The translations under genes were made by a program, and so were the position numbers. Under the pieces are notes generated by a model. The model made no database searches, was not told the DNA's origin, and was given only the letters and a program-made list of their open reading frames with translations. Source: Cirrosporium novae-zelandiae (taxonomy: Eukaryota). Taken from it: a DNA stretch of 64,000 nt. Shown here piece by piece: positions 1 to 12,766 of this stretch (positions within the stretch are counted from its first letter, which is position 1; every line of letters starts with the position of its first letter). The stretch covers positions 1,178,001 to 1,242,000 of the forward strand of contig JAPETS010000002.1 in the NCBI GenBank assembly GCA_026023565.1. Reading direction: 5' to 3'.

Positions 1-114
1 TTCAGAACCAAAAACTCCCAGCGCAGCCTTTTCTTTGCCTGTTCTTCGTCTCTTTGCTCGATGTCGAGAAGACTGGTCAGATTCAGATGAGTCAGACGAT
101 GAATAATTGTCCAT
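1..114 (-). CDS. 5' end (partial) of a G-patch spliceosome-disassembly factor, TFIP11/Ntr1-like
   Basis: Not in the ORF track. ATG at 114 in strong context (ACCACCATGG) is open to the window edge: MDNYSSSDSSESDQSSRHRAKRRRTGKEKAALGVFGSE. The KRRR...AALGVFGSE segment resembles the N-terminus of Pezizomycotina TFIP11 proteins (recalled, not searched). Confidence 0.65.
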   Translation of the reverse strand, partial: MDNYSSSDSSESDQSSRHRAKRRRTGKEKAALGVFGSE

Positions 115-719
115 GGTGGTGTGAGTCTTTGAATGATAGACGCGTGTAGAAGTGTGGAATCGCGGTAGAACTTCTTTGGTGTAGTCACATGACCAGCGGC
201 GACCGACGAGGTAATCGGTGGTGAAACAATATTTGAAGCTTGATTTGTTGATTCAACGGAAAGATAAGGGAAATTAATTAACAAAATGCAGGCGGGAGGT
301 GACTTCAGCTGCATGCATCCAGTAGAGTTTAATTTGGTTTTCTTGTTGGTATCTCCGTATCTATGGGTAGTTAGTATCAAATTGATATCGCTCTACTTTC
401 GAAAGTAGCGTTATAGGTTTTAGTTTGGAAAGGGTAAACGTAAGGTTGATCAAATTAGTTGGAAATCAGCCGTTAGTTTCTCTGTGATAACAAAAAGCCC
501 TGTCTACTTTTTAGTTGCCTACCGACCACAACCGATACCTGAGGCAGACCAACGTAAACCCCCCCAAATATAGACCGAGAGCACGTACATCGTTTGCTAC
601 TTCCACTTTGTCGTGTGTCTAGAATTGTTTAAATTTCTCCAAAACACCCCCCCACACAACAATCGACGAAACAATAAACATTAACATTTCATCCTTCATG
701 TTGTTTACGAAAAGTCACC

Positions 720-3700
720 ATGGCTTATAATTCTGTCGCTCAGACTGAGCACGAAGCCATTGCCGATGAACTGGGGTCAGATAGATCTGATTCCCCTCGA
801 TTGACAAGCCACTCTCCTTACGAACCCCTTTCAACCGATCCTACAACCCATGGAGAGAGTATGCTGGGTGACGCTGCAAAGGTTACAGCTGAGCCTTCTG
901 GTAGTCGTCTTAGTTCTATACTACAATCAATCGCGTCAACAAGATCAAGTTATCACGTGGTGGATGATGATGACTATGACCAACCCCAAGGGAGCCCCAG
1001 ATTGACAGGCGACGACGAGTCTGAGCTTGAGCGTCCACTGCCACTCTGTATTCGTAATCCTGACGATTCCTTCAATCAGAATCAGTCAAATAATCCTGAA
1101 GACCCTCCGGAATCGCCCTTATCCGAACCAATGATCGCTCGATCCCCCGACAGTCCTGTTCCTCTTAAACACCCCACTCCAGGCTTACAGTCGCTACATG
1201 GAGCATATCGATCAAATGTCGAGCGACTGGAGCGCAGTGCCGAAGAACTGAGCTTAACTTCGGATATTGGGGAAGAGTTACGGAAATTGAAGGAACAGCA
1301 GAAGAAGTCTGAAAGTAGGAGATCCTCATTGAATCAACAACAGTCTGATGAAGAAGCAATGGCTCCAACTCGGAGACGTCAATTTTCTACATCCTCACTC
1401 TCCAACTCTATTATTCGTATCAACAGTGTAGCAAGGTCCGGGGGATATTCTCCAGGCGGATTCATGGCCTCTCCAAGAGGGTCAATTCGTTCAGGGTCCT
1501 ACTCCCACGGCGTGCATCGACTCTCTCATGTCACTTCTTTACCAGAACCTGAACAAGAAGGAAGACCTCTCGATTCACCTTTAACCGCCCACTCCGTACC
1601 TATCACCGCCTACCCATTTCATAAGCCTTATGCTCTAACCGAAGAACCTGAAGTCCCTCCTCACACATCAAATCTCTATGTACAGAATCCTAGTCAATCA
1701 TTAACAGACATGTATCAACAAACTGCCGAACCAGACCCCATACCTGATAGACCTCCTACGGCTGCTTCAACTGACACATATCGGCAAGCCTCAACTCTGT
1801 TCCGAGATTTTGATGGTGTTCATTTCTCGCCCCTCACGAAACCACAATCTCCTCCTCCGGGGTTGACCGACGAGTATGATAAACATTTATCGTTTGCTGA
1901 TCCTGCAAGTCTATCACTCACCCACCCCGCAAAGCGTGAATCCCAGATTCTCAATGAGCCACGTTCGCCACCACAGTCACCTCCAGAGGGCATGCTATAC
2001 TATCCTGCCCCTGTCCCTATGATGCTCAATCTTCCTCAACGTCTCTCTAAACTTCCATCTGCGCGTGAAAGAGAGAAACGAAGGTCCCAGGTCCTAGGTG
2101 CCATAGCCGCAGAAAACAGAAAGTCGGCGGTGTGGATGGGCGATTCTCAAGCACAGCCGCTTAGCCCAAAACAGAATGACAAGCGCAAAAGTGCAATAAG
2201 TCTCCTTCCCCCACAGTTGAGAGCAAGCGCGTTCTTTGACCAGCCAATAGCTCGTCCGGAAGTTAAATTGCAGGGAGATTCTGCGATGAAAACATTGGAT
2301 AGCATACTAGACGCATCAGCGTTTGCTCCCGTCACTGCATTCACCGACCATCCTTTTGCTGGACCTGTAGGGTCCGAGGTCTATGGGCATTCCAGGGAAC
2401 GATTGAGCTCAGGCAGCGCAACTATCGAAAAGGATAAAAAAGCTAATCGGCGAAGCTCAATAAATCTATTAAAAGGCAGAAGACTTAGTTCCGTTCCGGT
2501 TCACGATGGAAAGCTACGAAAACGAAGCAGTGTGATCCTCCTTGCTCAGGCAGAAGACGAAGCCAAAGCCAAAGAGGACATGGCAGAAGATGCGGCATCA
2601 CCTCGAACTGCTCATTTAGATGACGACCCTGACCATAACTCAGAGGCAGCAGGAGCCCTATTGGGCGAACAGGGGGATGAAGAGGCAAAGGAAGAAGGTG
2701 ATAAAGAGGGAGAAGGAGACGGCGAACCTGAGTATTTTGGGGCACCAACAACTCTCTTGGCAGAGTTACAAGTGCGCAAGCAGCAGCTAAAACAACGAAA
2801 TCGGACAGCCGCAGATACCTTTCCAAATGGTATGCATTCAACGTTGCTTGAGTTGGATGCGGTAGCTCAGTTTCAAACTCAAGCCAACAGAAAGAAACAC
2901 ATCAAACTTGCATGGGAAGACCCTGAAGCCCATCTCAAGACCCCCAATGATGATGACGTGCCATTGGGTATGCTTTTTCCACAGCAACGACCACGAAGCA
3001 GAGAACGTCCCCTCGGGCTCATGGAAAAACGAGATATTGAAGATAACGAACCTCTGAGTCGTCGAAGGGCAAGGCTTCGAGGGACGGATACTCTACAACC
3101 CATGCCTGTCAGTCCTAACGGACGAGCAGAAACAATGCTTACACTTGACCTTCCCGGGATAGATGATACCCACTCACAGGCCGCTCCAGAGGAGGAGGGA
3201 GAGACACTAGCTCAACGAATCCGTAGACTCAAGACCCAGAATAAGAGCCAGACAAGTTTAAAGCGAGATGATCAAGGGGAAAATTTGAAACCAGAGGGTC
3301 GCCCTCTTAGTGGGGATTTTGCTAGCGAAATTATGAGCCAACTGGGTGATGTTATGCGCCAAGATGACTCTCCCGAAGGTACTCCGAAAAAGGCACCAGC
3401 AGCAGAAGATCCTGAAGAAACTCTTGGTCAACGCCGCAAACGCCTTCAAGCTGAGCGGGATACCCAAGCTCCTCGAAGTATGGCCAATATTCTCCAAGCA
3501 GCTCCCGTTCGTAACCCTGGTGAAAGCCAGGTCCGTCGTGAAGTTCGCCCTGGTCTCATTAACCAAACATCGAAACCTCCTATATCTTCTCGTGTTAACC
3601 TAGCAGCAAATGGAGTTATGACGTCAGGCCCAGGTGTCCCTGGCATTAATCCTACTTTGGGAGCTTCTGGAATTCCATATGCGAAACCAGGGGTATATAA

Positions 3701-3869
3701 CCAAGCTGCGATGAGGAGTGTTGGAAATTTAAATATGGCATACAATGGGGGGTTTGGGAACAAAAGCAATGTTATGCTAGCAGGGAAACAAGCACAAATA
3801 CCTGTTGCAGGGCCGATGAATGAGAATCAGAGGGATATGATTGATCGATGGAGGCAAAGTGTTGCTTAA
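720..3869 (+). CDS. Conserved fungal hypothetical protein, 1049 aa, largely disordered (S/P/E-rich)
   Basis: Uninterrupted 1049-codon ORF with short conserved-looking islands (YYPAPVPMMLNLPQRLSK, LDSILDASAFAPVTAFTDHP, PTTLLAELQ..K, EETLGQRRKRLQ, MIDRWRQSV). No domain recognised. Confidence 0.85.
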   Translation: MAYNSVAQTEHEAIADELGSDRSDSPRLTSHSPYEPLSTDPTTHGESMLGDAAKVTAEPSGSRLSSILQSIASTRSSYHVVDDDDYDQPQGSPRLTGDDESELERPLPLCIRNPDDSFNQNQSNNPEDPPESPLSEPMIARSPDSPVPLKHPTPGLQSLHGAYRSNVERLERSAEELSLTSDIGEELRKLKEQQKKSESRRSSLNQQQSDEEAMAPTRRRQFSTSSLSNSIIRINSVARSGGYSPGGFMASPRGSIRSGSYSHGVHRLSHVTSLPEPEQEGRPLDSPLTAHSVPITAYPFHKPYALTEEPEVPPHTSNLYVQNPSQSLTDMYQQTAEPDPIPDRPPTAASTDTYRQASTLFRDFDGVHFSPLTKPQSPPPGLTDEYDKHLSFADPASLSLTHPAKRESQILNEPRSPPQSPPEGMLYYPAPVPMMLNLPQRLSKLPSAREREKRRSQVLGAIAAENRKSAVWMGDSQAQPLSPKQNDKRKSAISLLPPQLRASAFFDQPIARPEVKLQGDSAMKTLDSILDASAFAPVTAFTDHPFAGPVGSEVYGHSRERLSSGSATIEKDKKANRRSSINLLKGRRLSSVPVHDGKLRKRSSVILLAQAEDEAKAKEDMAEDAASPRTAHLDDDPDHNSEAAGALLGEQGDEEAKEEGDKEGEGDGEPEYFGAPTTLLAELQVRKQQLKQRNRTAADTFPNGMHSTLLELDAVAQFQTQANRKKHIKLAWEDPEAHLKTPNDDDVPLGMLFPQQRPRSRERPLGLMEKRDIEDNEPLSRRRARLRGTDTLQPMPVSPNGRAETMLTLDLPGIDDTHSQAAPEEEGETLAQRIRRLKTQNKSQTSLKRDDQGENLKPEGRPLSGDFASEIMSQLGDVMRQDDSPEGTPKKAPAAEDPEETLGQRRKRLQAERDTQAPRSMANILQAAPVRNPGESQVRREVRPGLINQTSKPPISSRVNLAANGVMTSGPGVPGINPTLGASGIPYAKPGVYNQAAMRSVGNLNMAYNGGFGNKSNVMLAGKQAQIPVAGPMNENQRDMIDRWRQSVA

Positions 3870-4479
3870 AGACAGGACAATGAAGATTTTAAGGAAGGGT
3901 AAGGTCTTCAAACAATCATTATACCGCATTTTCTTGAGTTTGGAGTTTGGGTTCAGAGTTTATCAGTGATGATGCAACGATTGTGCAGAAGCAGGTACAC
4001 AGGAAAATTAATTAGACGGGTAGGGAACGGAAGGATCACCTTTCGGGCACAATGCAAGGCATAGGACAGCGACAGACATGGCGTGCGCGAATCATGTATT
4101 TGTACAACAAGCTTGGTTTCTACTTTTATTTTTCTATTCTTTTCTCTTTTGCATGGACCCGATTGAGCATGGCATAATGAATGCTTTTAACATTGGCGTC
4201 CTCGTCATTGTCATTTTTTTTTTTTTACTTTTTTCTAACTCTTTGATTAAAAGCTCTTGCTTTGTACACTACTACATACACCCTTTTTTTTTTACCATAG
4301 TGTTCTCTTTTTATCTCCTAACCTGGCTTTCCGGTTTATAAGCATAGGGAGTGGAGGGGGTAGAGAGATGGAAGTAATTCATCATCATTCAATCATCCAT
4401 TGATATATCCGAAGTAAACTTTTTTAGAGTAATCATATTTCTTGTACATGTACACACATGTTTTTAAACAGAAAGTAAG

Positions 4480-6900
4480 CAACTTATCTACCTACCTAGC
4501 TAGGTAATTAATTAATTAATTATTATTCAAAGTTATCAACTTGTCTGTTCCAACGCAAACCAGGTTATATGGTCTATAGATAGCTATTATTCGCTACCCT
4601 AGGTACCTACTTATCTCTATACCTAGCATACCTAGCATATCTAGCATATCTAGCATATCTAGTACCCCTGTATCCCAATATCCCAGCATTGGAGTAATAT
4701 AGATATATAAAATAGACGAGGGAAAGAGAAAAAGAGAGAAAGAAAGAGAAGAATAAAATAGATTGATTAGATTAAGTTAGATATATGGAATATGGACTTT
4801 TAAAGTAAAAATGGATTTGAAAAAAGGGAGTTTTGGGGGTTAAGGCGTTAGAGAGCATTTAAATATCTCTCTCTTTCTCTTTCTCCAACCCCCTCAAAAA
4901 AACAAAACAAAACAATTTTCGAATTGAAACAATGTTTTTGTTTTCGTTTACAGTACGTGACGTGATGTGACTGGGGGTTGACGATTTGGTTTTTTTTTTT
5001 TTTTTTTTTTGCCTTTTATGTTCTTTTCAAGCTTCCAAGATTGTGTGTTGTGTGTGTGTGTGATGTATGTAATGTATTATGTATAGAAGTGTATGGAAGG
5101 AAGCATATCTTTTGAAATTAGATATCTATGGTTTTATTAGAGTAATTAGACTAATTCAGTTGATTGGATTGATTGGATTGAATTTTTTTTATTAGAAAGC
5201 TAAGGTAAGAAGAGGTAAAAGGTAAGCCCAACAATGAACTCTTATCTACCTACCTAGATACCTAATTAATCAAGGCTAAAAGAACGTAATTAGGTGAGGC
5301 GGGATGGGATGGGATATCTATTTGCTCAGGTACTTGTAGTGGAAGAGCGGATGGATGGATGGATGGGTACACAGGGGTTAGGATTAGGATGGATATAAAC
5401 CTAGCTGTGCTGTAACACTACCATAAACATATCCATGTCCTTATTCTTACTCCATATTCACATCCACACTCATAACTTTCAAAAGGCTCTTTTCTTGGTA
5501 TATCAATCAAATCAAATCAAATCAAATCAATAATATCAATAATATCAATAATATCAATATCATATCGTACAGTACAAAAAAAACACCTTCTCCCTCTTCT
5601 CTCTCTGCTATCACATATCACGATATCGCCCCCATCTTCACGGCATTCCTTTCCTTTCCTCATACAGTGCAATGTAGTGTAGAGCTATCAATCAAGTCCA
5701 ACCTAGTCCAGCCCAACATAACATACACCCCTATCTATATGTAGGTATGCAGGAATTGTAGGTGTGTTCGTGCGTGTGTGCTTGCTCTCGGCTCTAGGGG
5801 AAAAAAAGAAAAACAAAAAAACCGAAAACATGACGAAGAAAAACATCCTATCCCATCGCATCTTAAACATAGCATAGCATAGCTGTGGTGATCTTTAAAT
5901 GACGTTTTGAATGAAACATGAATTCGAACATGAAACATGCGATGCATTGAATATGAATAATAACCTTGGAACTTGGAACTCGAACTTGAACTCGATAGGC
6001 GATAGGGGGGAAATCGTAAAAAAAAAAAGTACGCGGAAAAAACAATAACGATAGCAAATAACTTATGTTCCCATCCCGCATATAACCCTCAAAAGAAAAT
6101 AGAAACCGAGAGTTAAAAAAAGATGATTCATAGATGCCGCCGCCCATCTCCCATCTCCATGCCCTCCCCCTTTCCATTCCTTTCCATTCCTTTCCATTCC
6201 CTTTCATGATAATAAAAACGAAAATGAAGAAAGATATCACATCATTTGGATTGGATTGGATTGCCCCCACCCTTCCTCCCGTCATTGCCATACCATGCCA
6301 TGCCAATGTGTAAAAAAAAAAAATCATTTTTTTCGTTCCTTATACCACTTCACCTTTTGGCATACATACCTACATACATACATGCGTGTGTACGTGTATA
6401 GATTTCTCGTATCCCACTTATCCACCCATCCATCCATCAATCCAGTCAGTTATTTTCAAAGTTATTCTTTTTTGGTGCCTGGAAAAATGAAAGGGGGAAG
6501 ATGGCAAGATGGAAAAAAATGGAAGGAAAAAAAAGAAGAGGAAGAGGAAGAAAAGGAAGAGGGTATAAGCAAGCATACACATGCACACACCACATGTGTA
6601 AATGATGCAAGATAAGGCGTATGTATGTATGTATCGTATCGTATCGTATCGTATCAGACTTGACTGACCAACCAACCTACCGACAGACCGAGCGATGAAT
6701 CAATCAACCAACCAACCCGCCAATTGCAAGTGTTCCCCCCTCATGTCCCTAACATAACATCGAGAACGATAATCATATAAAAAACTCCACACACTCCTCC
6801 CGCTCCAATCTACCTATCTAATCCATTTTTTGTTTGCCTGTTATTGTTATTATTATTGTTATTGTTATTGTTATTGTTGCTGCTGTTGATAGTGTTGTCG
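4480..6900. repeat. Low-complexity intergenic region between convergent genes: microsatellites and homopolymers
   Basis: (ATCTAGCAT)n ~4620-4660, poly-T ~4989-5010, (TG)n ~5043-5062, (ATCAA)n ~5505-5530, (AATATCAAT)n ~5529-5560, (TACA)n ~6361-6383, (TATCG)n ~6632-6655, (TTATTG)n ~6841-6880. Confidence 0.9.
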
Positions 6901-6990
6901 TCATCGTTATGTCCGGTGATGATTGATCCCATTTCATATGTGCATGCATGCATAGTAACATGCGGATTTCTTTCTTTCTCTGTCATTCCT

Positions 6991-9900
6991 TCATCGACTT
7001 TGACTTCTCACCCTCCCAATCTCAACCAACTCCCCTTCATCTTCTGCTTCTTTTCCCGTTGACCCCTCTGTGTATGTAGCGGTAGCAGGGGTGGAAATGG
7101 CATCATCCTCCCACCCATCCCCAGGCTTCACCATCTCCCCCATCTCTTCATCCTCCTCATCATCAAGATCCATCCTGACGACCGCTTCAACAGTAGCACT
7201 AGGCCTCCGTTTCATTTTCCTATCGACTCTAGGAAATCCAGCCCCATCGTCATCATCAGAAGACAGCGACGACGAACTCGACGATGACCTATCCCCATCC
7301 CTTTCATCCCGTGTCGAAAATAGCCCCGCCATCCGTGCCGAAAATCCGCTATTGTTGTTCGCATCTGTAGGAGTTCGTGGACTCTTGAGCTCCGATCGAC
7401 CACTGCTTGCCCCAGGTATTGCGACAGGAGGACTCGAGCCTAGGAGCCCATCGTCTCCAAACCCGTCGTCGCTACTGTCAGCATTTGCATTTCCTGTGGT
7501 GCCGACAACAGCAAACGGATCTCCATCCTCGTCACCCTCGCTTCTCGCGCTGGTGAAATCTCCCCACTCTTTTTCAAGTGGACTATCATCACCCCACTCG
7601 TTGTTGTTATGCTTTTGAGATGGCGGAAGCGGTTCTGGATCTGGGAATCCATCATCCCCGATGGCGAAAGCGTCATCACTTCTGTTTTCCTCGTGGTTAT
7701 CATCATCGCCACCGAGATCCCAGAACGAGCGCTCTTGCTCTTGCTCCTCATCTCGATTCTTCTGTTGTGCTGCTAGACGGGCAGCGAGTTGGCGTCTTGC
7801 ACGAGATGGGGGAATATTGAGGGGTGGAGGTGGTGGTGGGATGGCGGGTATTTCATCATTAGATGAGTCAGTGGTGGTTTGTTGCCAAGCCGAGGCAAGG
7901 GAAGATAGGTTGGGGAACTATAGGTATAAAATGTGTCAGCTATCCGAATGTGATTTATCATATTATGATTTGGGGTGGTTGGACAAATAAGGTTCAGGGG
8001 ATATGTTCATAAGGAAAATTATCAAAGGTGGGGAAGGGCGCCATATGGCAAGTAAAGAATGGACAGGGATTTGACATCACGCGTTATGGGGCTGGTCAGA
8101 AGGGAACCCGAGGGATGGGACATAGCATATAGGAAACTTCAGATAAGGGTATTGGGAAATTAACATTATGTGGAGTTGATGGGGTGGGCAGAGATAGGAT
8201 AGAATAGACGGGTGTTGTCGACAACGTGTACTTGAAGGGCCGAGCCTATAGTCGAAGCGACTTGTCTCTACGGCAAATCATGTAGAGTCATCATCATCAT
8301 CATCATCATCATCATCACCTTGCTACCATCGAGCCAACACAACGCCTCAAATCCGGGTAGCATTGGGGAGCTAGCTTCCAAAGCCCTAATAGTAGGATAT
8401 GCTAATGGAATCCGTCCCCACATTGTTTAGGCCCCTGCGCTGCCATGCCAGTGACGAGAAAAAGAGTAATCAAACAAAAAAAATGTGCCGTGCTCGGACT
8501 CAAGAATCGCTCATGTCGATATCCTCAAAAGAAGAATAGATACCCACATTTTCGGATGTAGAAGCACCACCGAGCCCACCTAGGCCTTCATTTACTTCAC
8601 TCTCTTCAAGTTCCTCATCCGAATCACTCGAGTTCCCGAATCCGCTAAGCAAGTTACTGCCCAGCATTCCAAATGAGTTTCCATTGTTCGATAATTCACC
8701 ACCTTCCAGGGAACTACCGTTGAGCCCTGCATTTGCAAGAGCGGATGAGGTAGGAGTGTTGCCGAAATTCGAGGAAAGACCGCCCATGCCTCGACCGCCA
8801 CCCATGTCTGGTCGAACACCACCGAGAATTGCGTTGTCTCGTTCTCTTGTCTCTGCAAGAGTTTGCTCCACATAATCAATCCATTGTCGATCCAAGAATT
8901 TCTCAAGAACAGACTGGGATAATATTTCGGCGGTGTGCTTCTCACTGAACTTGACAACCTCCTCGGCAATCAGGGTGAGATGTCCCATATAACCTAGTCG
9001 CATGTTATTCGTTTGTTGAGCCTCATCACTTCGTTTCTGGCCTTCGACAATTCGATCTGTTATGCGACCTGTTTCGAATAAATCAATCGCAAGAAAACGA
9101 TTATACCCTCGATCCATCGAGCCGTTAAATACTTGTTGTACAACATCATAAACAACATTATGAAGAAAGTTATTCCAGGGAAAACGGAAAAAGAAATCCT
9201 AAAAAGATTTTGTTAGTGGAGCCTTTCAAATCATGTCCAATATCAACTGACCAATATCGTTGGGACGACCTTGTGCTCAACAAACATCATCTTCAAATAA
9301 TCACCCACGAGTGGCTGTTCGTCAATATCGAGTTCGATACGTGGCTCAAACTCTGGCCCTTGCGTATTAACAATGATAGATTGAGAGAAACTTCCCGCTC
9401 GATGGTTTATAGTCACTTGGCTATCATCATTTGATGAAGATTCTATAGCTTGACCGTCCAGTTGTTGAACCTGGCCATCATTTTCGGACCGGCTTGCAAA
9501 TAAAGGTGCAGGAGTATCTTCTGGATGAGGTGAAAATTCTTGTGAGGATGCTATTTGGGCAGTTTCGAGATTGTTGCTGTTAGAAAGATCGAGTGCTTTT
9601 GGTTTTAACCCCGTACCAGACGACCTCTCCCCACCTTTGGCGTCTTCGGTCACAATTTCTGGCTGACTTTGCTTAGCTTCAACGTTATCCTCTAGATTCA
9701 AGTTACCGATTTTTTCTGTTATTACTTCCTGAACTTGTTCTGATGGGGTTGTTTCGTTATCCTTCTCACCCGGGGGCTGGAGTGGAGGCGATGAAAGTGG
9801 TTCGTCAACAAACTCATCGCTCAAGTCAAGGCTTCTTCCGGCGAAAGAGTTAGTTCTTTGCTCAGGCTCCTTGGGCTCCTTAGGCTCGTTGTCCACGTTG

Positions 9901-11474
9901 TCCAGTTCAGACTTTTCGACCAGGTCCTCTTTAATGTCTTCACTCAAAATTCCCGATGCTGTCACATCCTCAAACCCGTCGTCTTCGCTATTATTAACAA
10001 CCTCTAATCGACGAGCTTCGGTCGGACCTGTTTCCATAATTTCAGAAGATTCAATGCCACGATACACTGAGGAATCCTCGGTGAAATCCGTACCAGATTG
10101 CCTACGCCTCCGAGGGTTAAGGGCGCCTTCAGCCTTTAGCCTTTCACGCTCTGTATCACGCTGTTTTATATAAGCTTCGCTGCCACGTTCGTTGAGAAGC
10201 CCCATGTTGCTGCAATGGAGCAACTCGGCCATCAGCTCGCAGGTTTTGAATCGGTCAAAGCCTAGAGGTTCGATGTTGGATCCATAAGGTCCTGGTTGAA
10301 CAATTTTTGGATAAAGCTGTGCCTTTGGTTTTGCCATCAAGTCCATAAAGTCAGGAACATGTTGGGCAAACAGGCGTAGAAGCCTTCCCAGGTAGATGGG
10401 GTCATGACTTGTAGGCGGCGCATTTGCTGCAGCACCAAGATCAGGATCGTAGTCTGAATTATTCTTTCTAATAACTTCAATTACGATACCAACTCCGACA
10501 GTGAGTGGATTTCCACCCTTGAGCATGGTTGATATCAACGTATCGACACACGATTCCGACACCAATTGTCGGGTGAGTTCATTAGGGCCGATGCAAGATT
10601 GTTCATTTCCAGAGGCGTTGGCAGATATAGTGATGATGGCTTTTAGGAAATCTCCCGCCGACGTTTGTGTTGCCGAAGGATATTCAGGAGATAGGTAGGA
10701 CAAGAGAGTTGGCATTAAGTTTTGCGAATGCAACCACTGTTGACACGGTTAGCGGGATGAGAGATGGTCTAATGTAATTCATTATTATACCTCAACAATT
10801 CCTTGACCACCTTCTGCTTTTTCCAAGCTTATAATTTTGAGCAAAAGGTCCATTATAACCGGGCAGTCTACATGCTGCAACATATCTTGCACGATGCCAT
10901 CCAACGTTTTGAGAAAATCCAGAGTTTCCTCCGTCTTCTTGTCGAGAAGGCAATCATTGACTTTGGTAAAGTAACTGGCCTGTAAAGGATCTAAGGGGGG
11001 TTTCTGTTTTAAATAGACCCAGAATTCACGTAGAAGTGACCGGTTGTCAATCATAGCCTCAAGGATGGACCATGTCTCGGAGGACAATACTTCGCTTGCA
11101 ATGTATGCGAATCGCAATCGTTCCTTTTCTGCCTTGTCTGCGTTTTCTAACTGGTCTTCCTGATTCGCGACCCGGTCAAGCTCATTGTCCTTATCTTCTT
11201 TTACATCATCATTGGTCTTTATCGAAGTGGCCTCTGCTTTTTCGCCTTGTCCACCATCATCATCGGCAGTGCGCATGGGAGGGGCAATTACATAATTGAA
11301 TAGTCGTCGCAGGACAGTCTCATTTCGTAAATATTCAATTAACTTGGTATTATGTTGTTTAAGCTCTTGAACGAGCTCCGTCTCGTCCAGAAGTTCCTCG
11401 AGCGTAACATCGGCCCTGTCCAGAAGGGTATCGATAGCAGAAACATTTGCGTAACCCCCAAAACGCCAAAACAT
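6991..11474 (-). CDS. SIT4 phosphatase-associated protein (SAPS family; SAP185/SAP190/Ekc1-like, PP6 regulatory subunit)
   Basis: Starts MFWRFGGY; contains EPLGFDRFKTCELMAELLHCSNM, FFFRFPWNNFLHNVVYD and RLGYMGHLTLIAEEVVKF. Exons 11474-10791, 10736-9252, 9198-8548, 7917-6991 (all phase 0, ~1248 aa). The last exon depends on a 630-nt intron (see findings). Confidence 0.92.
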
Positions 11475-12766
11475 CTTGAAGTTGTTGTGTGTATGAAGAG
11501 ACTGTGTGAGTCCGTGGTGGGAAAGGATTGATGGCGGGTTTGGGTATCTTTAGTAGGACTAGGAGTAGGACTAGGACTAGAAGGAAGAGGAGTACCTTCT
11601 AGGAGTAGGAGTAGCGGAATATCGGACTTTAACATGTGGGTGCGGATGGGGGTGCAGATGACGCAGTTGTTCTAGAGTAGTAGTGGTTGAAGAGTGGCCG
11701 TGAGATTTTTCATAACCCATGTGATGTTAAAAGTACACGGAGGAAATCATGAATGATCGATCTACTTGGAATATTGTGGTTAGTGCCGTGCAACTTTGGA
11801 GATAAATTCAGTGTTTTCCGGGTCTTGTACCCTTAGCCGTCAAGGCCCCAGATCTGGATCCGACTGTTGGTCAACTAACTCGGCTTTTTTTTTCGCAAAT
11901 AATGGCGATAGATTTTGTACATACAATCCAAAGATAAGGCCCGTCGAGAAGGGGGCTATTTGAGTACAGACGTATAGAGAAGAGAATGTTTTTTTTTTTT
12001 CTTGAATGATGGGTGAGCTGGTGAAGCCCAACAACAGATAGGGTGCAGTTATGAGTTGGCGGTTGCGCGCTTGTTCTCGGTAGGCGTCGAAAGGCGATTG
12101 TCGGAAGTAGTAAGTGGTGTGTGTGTGTGCGTGTGTATCTAATTATTTTGTTGTTCTATCTATCACGGGTAGTTAGTTGGAGATAGATATGGAAAGGCCC
12201 AGGTTATCACAGCAAGAAAGAAGGAAACCTGTCTCCTGGAATCCCCAAGCTGATTATCTGTCTGGGTATATTTGGGAGTCCTAAGGCAGATAAATTCCAA
12301 CCAACTTGGTCCCGAGTACAATTACTTCTACGGGTAGTAATTCGTTTCAGCCTCCAACTGGTTTTCCCTTGGATTTCCTTTGGTCCCTCTCAACATCCCT
12401 GTTTGTCGCATGGCAGAGGAGCCAAAGGAGCCAAAGGAGCCAAAGACCCAAAGACCCCAAGAAAACCCCCTTCCGCCCCCCCCCAAGTATCCCCTTCAAC
12501 CACCTGTCTTAAGCCCCCAACAGCCGAAGGTCTTAAACCTTTGTTCCCCAAGCGCCGTTATCGATAGGCTGGCTCATTGTCATTTGTGTCCTGGGTTCAG
12601 AACATTCGCCATTCGCCAAATCTACCACTTTCAGAAATACCAGACAATAAAACTTCTGCCTACATAGCTTAAAAAAAACATTAGGATTTCCGATTATTCC
12701 ATTCTTGGAAAGTCATACTGCTGCTGCTATTCTCTTTACTTTGGCCATGAGCCAAGAAGTTTCATC

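Noticed and set aside
5735..7062. ORFs in the microsatellite region (e.g. poly-Leu 6844-7062)
   Set aside because: Products of simple repeats, with no coding signature.
7070..7990. Plus-strand ORFs of 182, 80 and 109 aa
   Set aside because: Antisense shadows of the acidic last exon of the SAP gene.
8138..8316. Intronic C/D snoRNA in the SAP intron (ATGATGA...CTGA on the minus strand)
   Set aside because: The box C-like match is part of a (GAT)n repeat, the spacing to CTGA is long, and I recognised no terminal stem or rRNA guide.
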